NCBI GenBank assembly: GCA_045863235.1
Contig: BTUM01000058.1
Span: forward strand, 1 to 49,703
Direction: 5' to 3'
From: Candidatus Xenobia bacterium
GTDB lineage: Bacteria > Vulcanimicrobiota > Xenobia > Xenobiales > QWHO01
Length of the DNA stretch: 49,703 bases
This document shows positions 19,351 to 27,572 of this stretch, in pieces; position 1 is the first letter of the stretch; the number at the start of each line of letters is the position of its first letter. The position numbers and the translations under genes were made by a program. The notes under the pieces are model-generated. The model was not told where the DNA came from. It made no database searches and saw only the letters and a program-made list of their open reading frames with translations.

Positions 19351-20793
19351 TTAACCCAGGGCCTCGAGCAAGAGCTGCTTCACCAGCTCGGGATTGGCCT
19401 TGCCTTTAGTGCGCTTCATCACCTGGCCGACCAGACTGTTGAGAGCCTTCTCCTTGCCAGAGCGGTACTCGCTCACGGCCGTGGCCTGCTCGTCGATCAC
19501 GGCCCGAACCTCCACCATCAGCCCCTCCCGATCGGAGACCTGAGCCAGGCCCAGCTCCTGGACCAGAGCGGACGGGGCGCCGCCATGCTTGAACAGGTGC
19601 TCGACCAGGGTGCGACCGCCCCGGTTGGACACGGTGCCACCGCTGACCAGGGCGATGACCTCAGCCAGAGTCGCCGGAGTGAGCGAGCTCTCCTCCACCC
19701 CGTGCCCGGCCTCGCCTGCCAGGCGAGCCACCTCGTTGTTGAGCCAGTTGCAGGCCGACTTACCGTCCGCGCCCCGGGCTACCGTCTCCTCGAAAAACTC
19801 CGACAGGGCTCGGCTCTGCACCAGCAGACCGGCATCCTCCCCCGACAGGCCGAAGCTCTGTTGGTAGCGCCGGGCGCGAGCCGCCGGCAACTCGGGGAGG
19901 GACCGATCCACCTCGGCGATGCGCTCTCTGGTAAGGGTCAGCGGCAGGAGATCGGGATCGGGGAAGTATCGGTAGTCCTGGGCCTCCTCCTTGCTCCGCA
20001 TGGAGATGGTGACCCCGCGGGCCTCGTCCCAACCCCGCGTTTCCTGAACGATCCGTCCCCCTTCACGCCGGATGGCCGTCTGGCGCTCGACCTCGGAGGC
20101 GATGGCGGCTCGCACCGACTTGAAAGAGTTCATATTCTTGATTTCCGTGCGGGTCTCGAGCTTCTCGCTGCCCACCGGCCGGATGGAGACGTTGGCATCG
20201 CAACGCAGCGAGCCCTGCTCCATCTTGCAGTCGCTCACCCCGATCCAGCGCAGGATGTCGCGCAAGGCCACCATGTAGTCGTGGGCCTCGTCGGGCGAGC
20301 GCATGTCGGGCTCGCTCACAATCTCGAGCAGGGGCACTCCGGCACGGTTGTAGTCGACCAGGGTGAAGTCGGATCCGCCCAGGCGGCCGGAAGCGCCCAT
20401 GTGAGTGGACTTGCCGGTATCCTCCTCGAGGTGGATGCGGGTGATGCCGACGCGCTTGCCTTCCAGGTCGATGTGTCCACCCGCCGCCAGAGGCAGGTCA
20501 TACTGCGAGATCTGGTAGTTCTTGGGCATGTCGGGATAAAAGTAATTCTTGCGGTCGAACTTGCTGAACTCGGCGATGGTGCAACCGGTGGCCCGCCCGG
20601 CCAGGACCAGCATCTCCACCGCGCGCCGATTGACCACCGGGAGCGTGCCCGGCAGGCCGAGACAGACCGGACAGACCTGAGTGTTGGGAGGGGCTCCAAA
20701 CTGGTTGGGGCAGGCACAAAACAGCTTGCTCTCGGTGGCCAGCTCCACATGCACCTCGAGCCCGATGACCGTTTCAAACTGGTCGACTGTCAA
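19351..20793 (-). CDS. gatB: Asp-tRNA(Asn)/Glu-tRNA(Gln) amidotransferase subunit B
   Basis: VIGLEVHVEL, FDRKNYFYPD, HLEEDTGK, DYNRAGVPLLEIVSEP, LRCDAN, DYRYFPDPDL, GQVMK...GKANP. Confidence 0.98.
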   Translation of the reverse strand: MTVDQFETVIGLEVHVELATESKLFCACPNQFGAPPNTQVCPVCLGLPGTLPVVNRRAVEMLVLAGRATGCTIAEFSKFDRKNYFYPDMPKNYQISQYDLPLAAGGHIDLEGKRVGITRIHLEEDTGKSTHMGASGRLGGSDFTLVDYNRAGVPLLEIVSEPDMRSPDEAHDYMVALRDILRWIGVSDCKMEQGSLRCDANVSIRPVGSEKLETRTEIKNMNSFKSVRAAIASEVERQTAIRREGGRIVQETRGWDEARGVTISMRSKEEAQDYRYFPDPDLLPLTLTRERIAEVDRSLPELPAARARRYQQSFGLSGEDAGLLVQSRALSEFFEETVARGADGKSACNWLNNEVARLAGEAGHGVEESSLTPATLAEVIALVSGGTVSNRGGRTLVEHLFKHGGAPSALVQELGLAQVSDREGLMVEVRAVIDEQATAVSEYRSGKEKALNSLVGQVMKRTKGKANPELVKQLLLEALG

Positions 20794-21173
20794 CGTCGCA
20801 CCGCCTCCTGAGCCGCCCCCGCGCGCGGCTGTGACTTGCGAGGCCTCTTGCGCAACAGCTTGACCATTTCCTCCAGAGTCTTGAGCAAGAAATCCTGCTC
20901 GTCGGCCGGTCGTGACCCCACCAGGGCCCGAATTCGGTCGCTGAACGCCTGATTCTCGATGTGCTCGTCCACGAAGAAGGAGAACAAAGGCACCGAGAAC
21001 TCCTGCGAGATCTTCTCCAGGGTGGCGATGCTGGGGGCCTTCTGGCCCTTTTCGAGGGGCCCGATGTAGGAGGCATTGACCCCGATGCGGCGAGCGAAAG
21101 CCTGCTGGGTCATGGCGTTGTCCATCCGGACGCGGCGAATCTGGCGACCGACCGTCTGCCTGAGCGATGCCAT
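20790..21173 (-). CDS. XRE-family HTH transcriptional regulator
   Basis: VGRQIRRVR...MTQQAFARRIGVNASYIGPLEKGQKAPSIATLEKI; GGAGG RBS. Confidence 0.9.
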   Translation of the reverse strand: MASLRQTVGRQIRRVRMDNAMTQQAFARRIGVNASYIGPLEKGQKAPSIATLEKISQEFSVPLFSFFVDEHIENQAFSDRIRALVGSRPADEQDFLLKTLEEMVKLLRKRPRKSQPRAGAAQEAVRR

Positions 21174-21189
21174 CTAAACCCGGCCTCCT

Positions 21190-21981
21190 TCAGGGAAGAA
21201 GCTCGGCGAAGCGAGTCAACACCCGCACCAGGCGGGCACGCAGGCTCGCGATCACCTCCCGGTCGACCTCGGGCACCACCTCGGGGGTCACCTCCGTGGT
21301 CAAAAAGAGCCTCGGGTTGAGCGCCAACTGGAGCCACGGAGTGCGACCGCGTCCGTGACGGCGGAGCAGATACCCGCCCCCCACCGCGCCATTGAGGCGC
21401 ACCAGTGGCGTCAACGGCGAGCGCTCGACCTCGGAAAACTCCTCCAGCAAGCAGCCTTCCAAGAACTTCAAGGTTTCGGCCGGACAGGTGGCCTCTTCGC
21501 CCTTACCGGCCGCGTCCCCCTGGTTGCTGAGGGTAAATATCGCCTGATCTTGATCGCGCGCCGTCATGGGGACGAGCACCCGGCAGTCGAGCCCGAGCCG
21601 CACCCCGCCACGGCTGGCCGAGCGCTCGACCACTTCGTGAAAGGGACGGTGATGCCGGTCGACGAGTCGCTCCATCTCCTCGGGAGTAGGAAATCCGCTC
21701 TCGGTCCAGACATCATGTCCGAGGCTGGACTTGCTCTTGATCACTCCATCCGGGAACTCGGGAGGGCGCTGTCGAGGGTCACGATCCAGATCGATCACCG
21801 CCCGGGCCACCTCGGCTTCAACTCGACCCTGCACCCCTTCTCCAAGAGAGAAAATCTCCCGCGCGCCCGCTTCGATCTCAAAGAACAGCTGTTCGGATGT
21901 CAGCGCAAAACGTGGTGCCAGTTCGCGGGGGATGGTGGTGCCGCCGCTCGGGATGGCCAGCAGGTATGGGAGACGTGCCAT
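21190..21981 (-). CDS. N-formylglutamate amidohydrolase-like protein (metal-binding residues substituted)
   Basis: LAIPSGGTTIP, ARAVIDLDR, DGVIK, HRPFH, LDC, GGY, PWLQL follow the family layout, but the PH and DxH histidines are absent. Confidence 0.75.
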   Translation of the reverse strand: MARLPYLLAIPSGGTTIPRELAPRFALTSEQLFFEIEAGAREIFSLGEGVQGRVEAEVARAVIDLDRDPRQRPPEFPDGVIKSKSSLGHDVWTESGFPTPEEMERLVDRHHRPFHEVVERSASRGGVRLGLDCRVLVPMTARDQDQAIFTLSNQGDAAGKGEEATCPAETLKFLEGCLLEEFSEVERSPLTPLVRLNGAVGGGYLLRRHGRGRTPWLQLALNPRLFLTTEVTPEVVPEVDREVIASLRARLVRVLTRFAELLP

Positions 21982-22030
21982 AGAGTTCCCGTCATGTTAG
22001 CACCGGGTCGGAGCCAATTCAACCACCCCG

Positions 22031-22056
22031 GGAACTTTGGCCCGGCCGAGCGCGTC
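22031..22056 (+). promoter_or_regulatory. Putative ECF (sigmaE-like) promoter upstream of moxR
   Basis: GGAACTT-N16-GTC. Confidence 0.6.
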
Positions 22057-22201
22057 CTCAAACTCGAGCTTGATTCTTCCACCTCCCCACGAAGAACGAG
22101 CTCGCTCTTGAACCAACCCGGGGAAGGCCACCGGTCCGATCCGGGCGAACCCGCCCAGCGCGCAGCCCATGGGCTGCGAGCGAGAAACAGGAGGCCACAG
22201 C

Positions 22202-23194
22202 TTGTTGACTACCGATTTGAGCGCATTGAAAGACCAGATCGAGCGCGAGAGCCACCACTTCAAAGCACTCCAGAACGAAATCGGAAAGGTGATCGTGGGC
22301 CAGTCTGCCGTCATCGAGCGAGTCCTGGTGGGCTTGCTCGCCGACGGCCACATTCTGCTCGAAGGCGTGCCCGGCCTGGCCAAGACGCTGACCTTCCGCA
22401 CCCTGGCCCAGACCCTCTCGGCTCGTTTCTCGCGCATCCAGTTCACCCCCGACCTCTTGCCGGCCGATGTGGTGGGCACGACGATCTTCAACCCTCAAAG
22501 CGGCCAGTTCACGGTCAAGCAGGGTCCGGTCTTCGCGAACCTGCTGTTGGCCGACGAGATCAACCGCGCCCCGGCCAAAGTGCAGAGCGCTCTGCTGGAA
22601 GCCATGCAGGAGCGGCAGGTCACCGTAGGCGATCAGACCTTTGCGCTGCCCGAGCCCTTCCTGGTGATGGCCACCCAGAACCCGATCGAGCAGGAAGGCA
22701 CCTACAACCTGCCCGAGGCTCAGGTGGACCGCTTCATGCTCAAAGTCCGAGTGGACTACCCTACCCGCGAGGAAGAAGGCCTGATCATCGACCGCATGAC
22801 CCGAGGCGAGACTCCATCGGCCTCGCCGGTGGTGCAAACTCAGGATCTGATGCGCCTGCGCAGCCTGGTGCCCCAGATCTACCTCGACGAGAAGGTCAAA
22901 GGCTACATCCTCGACCTGGTCTTTGCCACCCGCGACCCCGAGAAGGCGAAACTGGCCAAGCTCAAGCCCTTGATCGCCTATGGGGCCTCTCCCCGGGCCA
23001 GCCTCTGCCTGGCCCAGGCCTCGCGTGCCTATGCCTTCTTGCGCGGACGCTCCTACGTCACCCCGGACGACGTCAAGACCATCGGCTACGACGTGCTGCG
23101 CCACCGGGTGGCTCCCAGCTATGAAGCCGAAGCCGAGGACTTGAGCTCGGAAGCACTGCTGCGCATGCTGTTCGACGGGGTTCCCGTGCCGTGA
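22202..23194 (+). CDS. moxR: MoxR family AAA+ ATPase
   Basis: AGGAGG then TTG at 22202; EGVPGLAKT, RIQFTPDLLPAD, LADEINRAPAKVQSALLEAM, ATQNPIEQEGTY, GASPR. Confidence 0.96.
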   Translation: MLTTDLSALKDQIERESHHFKALQNEIGKVIVGQSAVIERVLVGLLADGHILLEGVPGLAKTLTFRTLAQTLSARFSRIQFTPDLLPADVVGTTIFNPQSGQFTVKQGPVFANLLLADEINRAPAKVQSALLEAMQERQVTVGDQTFALPEPFLVMATQNPIEQEGTYNLPEAQVDRFMLKVRVDYPTREEEGLIIDRMTRGETPSASPVVQTQDLMRLRSLVPQIYLDEKVKGYILDLVFATRDPEKAKLAKLKPLIAYGASPRASLCLAQASRAYAFLRGRSYVTPDDVKTIGYDVLRHRVAPSYEAEAEDLSSEALLRMLFDGVPVP

Positions 23195-24075
23195 AGGAGG
23201 ATCTCCACAAGAAGATCCGCCGCATCGAGATCACCACCTCCAAGCTGGTGGAAGAGGTCTTCGCGGGCAAGTACGAGAGCCTGTTCAAGGGCCAGGGGAT
23301 GGAGTTCTCCGAGGTGCGCGAGTACCAGCCCGGCGACGATGTGCGCAGTATCGACTGGAACGTTACTGCCCGCAGCGGGCGCCCGTTCGTCAAGCGCTTC
23401 GAGGAGGAGCGCGAGCTGACGGTGATGCTGATGGTGGACGCGAGCCGCTCGCTGGACTTCGGCTCTGACCAGGAGACCAAGCGGGAGAAAGCCTCGGAGC
23501 TGGGTGCGCTGCTGGCCCTGTCAGCCCTGCGCTCCAACGACAAGGTGGGCCTGTTGCTCTTCACCGATCGGGTGGAACGCTACATCCCACCCCGCAAGGG
23601 CAAGCGGCACGCCCTGCGGCTGATCCGCGAGATCCTCGAGCCGGCCCCCACCGGGCACCGCACCGACCTGACCGAGGCCCTCAACCACCTCAACCGCATT
23701 CACAAGCGGCGAGCCCTGGTCTTCTTGATCTCGGACTTTCTCGGACCGGGCTTCGAGAAGGCCCTGCGGCTCACCGAGCAGCGCCACGACCTCAACGCCT
23801 TCCGGCTCTACGACCCGCGCGAGCAGGAGATGCCGGCCCTGGGCCGCTTACGGCTGCGCGACCTGGAAACGGGCGAGCTGGTGGTGCTCAACAGCTCCTC
23901 GACCGAGTTCCGCAAGGGCTACAAGCAGGCCGCTGCGGATAGGCGGGCGGGCTTCAAGCGCCTCTTCGAGGGCAGCGGGGTTGACTATGCCGAGTTCTCC
24001 ACCGCCGACTCGGTGGTGCCCACCCTGGTGCGCTTTTTTGCCACCAAGAAGGAGCGCCGAAGGCGAGCCGGCTAA
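23191..24075 (+). CDS. DUF58 (VWA-like) protein
   Basis: FKGQGMEFSEVREYQPGDDVRSIDWNVTAR, FEEERE, DASRS, ISDF. Confidence 0.95.
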   Translation: MKEDLHKKIRRIEITTSKLVEEVFAGKYESLFKGQGMEFSEVREYQPGDDVRSIDWNVTARSGRPFVKRFEEERELTVMLMVDASRSLDFGSDQETKREKASELGALLALSALRSNDKVGLLLFTDRVERYIPPRKGKRHALRLIREILEPAPTGHRTDLTEALNHLNRIHKRRALVFLISDFLGPGFEKALRLTEQRHDLNAFRLYDPREQEMPALGRLRLRDLETGELVVLNSSSTEFRKGYKQAAADRRAGFKRLFEGSGVDYAEFSTADSVVPTLVRFFATKKERRRRAG

Positions 24076-24099
24076 CGTAGTCCCGCAGGTTGCCAAACA

Positions 24100-24128
24100 T
24101 TGCTCCCATTCCGGGAACATGGTATCCT
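24100..24128 (+). promoter_or_regulatory. Sigma70-type higBA promoter with overlapping operator palindrome
   Basis: TTGCTC-N17-TATCCT with TG extension; imperfect palindrome TGCTCCC-ATTCC-GGGAACA (24101-24119) between the boxes. Confidence 0.7.
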
Positions 24129-24135
24129 GGGGGCA

Positions 24136-24429
24136 GTGAGGGTCATTGCTCTGAGGACTCTTCGAGAATTCTGGACCGAACATGGCGATGCGGAGCAACC
24201 ACTTCGGGCCTGGTACTCGGAGGCTTCAGCCAGTGACTGGGCCGGACCCGCCGATATCAAAGCCAGATACGCGAGCGCAAGCTTTCTTGGGGACAACCGG
24301 GTCGTATTTAACATCGGGGGCAATAAGTATCGCCTCATCGTCGCAATCCGGTATGAAGCCAAGGTCGTGTACGTCCGGTTTGTCGGGACCCACGCGGAGT
24401 ATGACAAAGTGGATGCGGCAACTGTATGA
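24136..24429 (+). CDS. higB: Type II TA toxin, HigB family
   Basis: (M)RVIALRTLREFW, LRAWY, RVVFNIGGNKYRLI, RFVGTHAEYDKVDA. Confidence 0.95.
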   Translation: MRVIALRTLREFWTEHGDAEQPLRAWYSEASASDWAGPADIKARYASASFLGDNRVVFNIGGNKYRLIVAIRYEAKVVYVRFVGTHAEYDKVDAATV

Positions 24430-25070
24430 GAACGAGAACGAGATCGAAACCGGCCAGGCAAATCAGCGGGCCGCTGCGCAGCGAGGAGGACCTGACAGCG
24501 GCGTTGCATGAAATCGAGCGGTTGTTTGAGGCCCCTCCCGGAACCAAGGAGTATGACCGCCTGGAGCTTCTAACACTACTGGTATCCGACTATGAGAGGA
24601 CCCATCATCCGGTGCCTCCTCCCAATCCTATCGAGGCCATCAAGTTTCGCCTCGAGCAGTTGGGACTTACCCGTAAGCATCTTGAGACAATCCTGGGATC
24701 GCGCTCGCGAGTGTCCGAAATCTTGAGTGGTAAGCGCCCCCTGACGGTTCGAATGATGAGAGCACTGCATAAACAACTCGGGATTCCCGCGCAAAGCCTG
24801 CTCCAGGAAACGGAGGACACGAAGCAGATGCAAGCAGAGAAACTGGCAGTCCAAGTCGCCGAACTTGAAGCAAAGATAGCATCTTTGAAAAGCCACCTGC
24901 CAGAGAATCAGCTGTGGGATGAATATCTCCGCCTCCTGGACTACTCTGATGCCGACCGGGTCCGAACGCGAGAGGTTCTCCAGCAGCAGCTCCGCGGCGA
25001 AGGACTTACTCCCGAACTGGAGGTGGCTGTGCTCAGAGTGTTGATCGCAAATCACCAGGCAGCACATTAA
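24426..25070 (+). CDS. higA: HigA-type HTH antitoxin with about 85-aa C-terminal extension
   Basis: EYDRLELLTLLVSDYE, PIEAIKFRLEQLGL, GSRSRVSEILSGKRPLT, LGIPAQSLL; ATGA overlap with higB. Confidence 0.92.
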   Translation: MRTRTRSKPARQISGPLRSEEDLTAALHEIERLFEAPPGTKEYDRLELLTLLVSDYERTHHPVPPPNPIEAIKFRLEQLGLTRKHLETILGSRSRVSEILSGKRPLTVRMMRALHKQLGIPAQSLLQETEDTKQMQAEKLAVQVAELEAKIASLKSHLPENQLWDEYLRLLDYSDADRVRTREVLQQQLRGEGLTPELEVAVLRVLIANHQAAH

Positions 25071-25612
25071 GGCTGGTTGCTCAGAAAAAAGCGCAACGTA
25101 ACGCCGTAGGTGCTGACCACACTCGGGTCGTTGGGGTGCTGGTGACGGGCGTTGACCCGGATCGTCAGCACCCGCGAACCGGTGGGCAGGTCGAACCCGA
25201 TGCTGCCGGTCGGCCCCAGAAAGGCCATGCGCCGCACGTCCCCCTGAAAGTCACGCTGCAGCCAGCCGCTGGCGGCCATCGAAAGCACCGCCCGGTCGGG
25301 CGGGGCCGGATCGCCCGGCTCCCAGTCCGGCTCGCCCGTGGGCAAGACCTGCAGCACGCCATTCTGGACACGGGGCAGCCAGTAGGTGATGCTCGCCCCC
25401 CCTGCTGCCACCGACTCCACCCGGGCGCCACGAAACTCCTGGCGCAGGCGCTCGGCCGCCAGCATCGCGGCCCTGTAGACCTCGTTGCCCAGATCGCTGC
25501 GCCGGGCGGCGTTCTTGGAGGCGATCTGGATGGTCACGATCAACCCGGTTAGAAAGGCGAAGAGAGCGCAGGCCACCAGGGTCTCGAGCAGCGTCACCCC
25601 TCTACGGGACAT
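25067..25612 (-). CDS. Prepilin-type minor pilin (PilW/GspJ-like)
   Basis: MSRRG|VTLLETLVACALF with Glu at +5. Confidence 0.8.
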   Translation of the reverse strand: MSRRGVTLLETLVACALFAFLTGLIVTIQIASKNAARRSDLGNEVYRAAMLAAERLRQEFRGARVESVAAGGASITYWLPRVQNGVLQVLPTGEPDWEPGDPAPPDRAVLSMAASGWLQRDFQGDVRRMAFLGPTGSIGFDLPTGSRVLTIRVNARHQHPNDPSVVSTYGVTLRFFLSNQP

Positions 25613-25967
25613 CGTAGAACATGGTCCAGATGGCGTACTGCTGTGCACCCTCCCTGGTCTGCCAGTAGACCCGCACCTCGACCCGCTTCAAAGTGGGCTC
25701 CGGCAAAGTCTCGAGTATTTCGTACTCGTAACCGGCCGCTTCGGGGTGGGCCTGCCGGGGCGATGCCACCGAGACCGAGAAGTCCTGGCGCACTCGCTCC
25801 TCGGTCTGGTGCATGGTCGAGGCGGCCAGCACCGAGGCGGTGTGGCGCGAGCGGTTACCCTGGGCAGCCCGGGCCGAGTAGAGGTGGACGCTCACAAGAC
25901 CCAGCACGGCGATGGTGATGAGCAATAAGCTCACCATCACCTCGGCCAGGTTGAAGCCCCGTCTCAG
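25602..25967 (-). CDS. Prepilin-type minor pilin (PilV-like), apparent CTG start
   Basis: Frame reads LRRG|FNLAEVMVSLLLITIAVLG upstream of the first canonical start; LKRVEVRVYW tail. Confidence 0.75.
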   Translation of the reverse strand: MRRGFNLAEVMVSLLLITIAVLGLVSVHLYSARAAQGNRSRHTASVLAASTMHQTEERVRQDFSVSVASPRQAHPEAAGYEYEILETLPEPTLKRVEVRVYWQTREGAQQYAIWTMFYDVP

Positions 25968-27538
25968 TAGGTGGAAAGCCAGCGGACCGCGCCCCCGGAG
26001 GAGGGATTGTCGGGGCTGCCCACCCCCATGCTGTTGATGTTGACGTTCCAGTTCTGGTCTGCGGCTCGCAACACGCCATCCTGACCATAGTATTGGAGCG
26101 GCAGCGAGCCGAGCAACTCCCAGTAGCCGGAACGCGCGCTCATCGCCATCACCTCGTCGCGCCCGCTGCGGGCCCAGCGCACGTAGACGTTACCATCCCG
26201 GTCCACGTTCAGGTAGCGCAGATTGCCGCAGAAGCCACCCTGCTCAACCACCCCTGCGCTGGTGTTGTACCTGCGAGGAGGGGGCGAGAGCCAGGTCCAC
26301 TGGCCAGGGACGACCCCGCTGGCGTCAGCCGGCCCCGAGGGAGAGAACTTGTAGATCGTGCTGGCGCGGTCGTCGGGATCGTAGCAGACGAAAACCTCTC
26401 CCTCGGGCCCCGCGGCCATGCCGCCAGCGAAGTTACCCGGGTAGGAGCCTGTCTCGACCTGGACGGTGCCGTCCGTCCGGTAGCGAACGCGAGGGGGAGG
26501 AGGCAGCAGGCTCCACTGAGCGCTGGCAAAGTCGTAGGAGAACATCGTGTCGGGCCGTCCGTCAATACCCTGCACCGCGTAGAGGGTGCCGTTCGGATCC
26601 AAGCTCAGGTTGCGAAGGTTGTGGGAGAATCCGCTGCCGTCGATGAGCACCCCGGCATCGTTGTAGTAGCGCTTGGGAGCGGGTTTGATGGTCGACCAGG
26701 TTACGGTCGGGTCGGCTTCCCAGGCGGCCACGTCCAGAGTGTAAATGGTATCGATGTTGTCCCGGTTCAGCCGCACCACCAGACGCTTCTGGCCGTCGCT
26801 GGTCAGGTCGCGCAGGTCTCCAGCCACCTTGTCGGGTCGGGTGATCAGGTTGCCGGAGCCGTCATAGTAGGCCGAAATCACCGCGGGCAACACCGTCCAG
26901 GTGCCGTCGGGCGCGTAGCGATAGACCGCGTCCGACCCGTCGCGCCGCATCACGGCATAGAGGTTGTTGTTGTCATCCGGGCACACGAAACCCAGGTTGC
27001 TGGCAAAGCTGCCGGTCGATACCAGGTTGATCGTGTCGGTGACGTTGTCGTGCACGTAATACTTGTAGGGTGCCGGGGGCACGATGGTCCAGGGGGCACC
27101 GGGCGTGGTGAAGAAGAGGGAGTCGATCCCATCGCGACTGACCTCGGCGAAGACGGTGCCCTGGATGTCCGAGCCCCTGGCCACGGTGGCGGTGACCCTC
27201 TCGGTGATCCCGTTGAAGGTGGCCACGCAGTGCAGGAACATCACGTTGGGCTGGGGCGAGGCGCTGGCCCAGATCTTGAGCTCGGCTCCCTCGACCGTGG
27301 TCTCCTCGGCCTCGGCCTCGCTGGCGTGGGTCGTCTCCCAGCCGGCCGTTTCGACCATGTGCTTCAGTCCGAGATTGACTCCAGCCCGGGCGGCGAAAAT
27401 CGCTTGATTGCGAAGATAGCCCTGGCGCAAGAACAGGGTATCGGTCGTGGTCTGATGGGCCAGGGCGATGATCAAGGAGAACAGGAGCACCACCAGGAAC
27501 ATAGCCGTCAGGATAGCCACGCCGCGTCGATTCCACAT
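25964..27538 (-). CDS. PilX/GspK-like pilin fused to a six-repeat (probable beta-propeller) domain
   Basis: MWNRRG|VAILTAMFLVVLL (no Glu5), QAIFAARAG; six roughly 60-aa repeats with W..L.P.P..YY...G. Confidence 0.75.
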   Translation of the reverse strand: MWNRRGVAILTAMFLVVLLFSLIIALAHQTTTDTLFLRQGYLRNQAIFAARAGVNLGLKHMVETAGWETTHASEAEAEETTVEGAELKIWASASPQPNVMFLHCVATFNGITERVTATVARGSDIQGTVFAEVSRDGIDSLFFTTPGAPWTIVPPAPYKYYVHDNVTDTINLVSTGSFASNLGFVCPDDNNNLYAVMRRDGSDAVYRYAPDGTWTVLPAVISAYYDGSGNLITRPDKVAGDLRDLTSDGQKRLVVRLNRDNIDTIYTLDVAAWEADPTVTWSTIKPAPKRYYNDAGVLIDGSGFSHNLRNLSLDPNGTLYAVQGIDGRPDTMFSYDFASAQWSLLPPPPRVRYRTDGTVQVETGSYPGNFAGGMAAGPEGEVFVCYDPDDRASTIYKFSPSGPADASGVVPGQWTWLSPPPRRYNTSAGVVEQGGFCGNLRYLNVDRDGNVYVRWARSGRDEVMAMSARSGYWELLGSLPLQYYGQDGVLRAADQNWNVNINSMGVGSPDNPSSGGAVRWLSTY

Positions 27539-27572
27539 ACTCAAAAGATAGCACAGGAGATACCCAAAGTCA

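Noticed and set aside
25067..25070. TTAA shared by convergent stop codons as a target-site signature
   Set aside because: No matching TTAA at the other side of higBA and no transposase; simply overlapping stops
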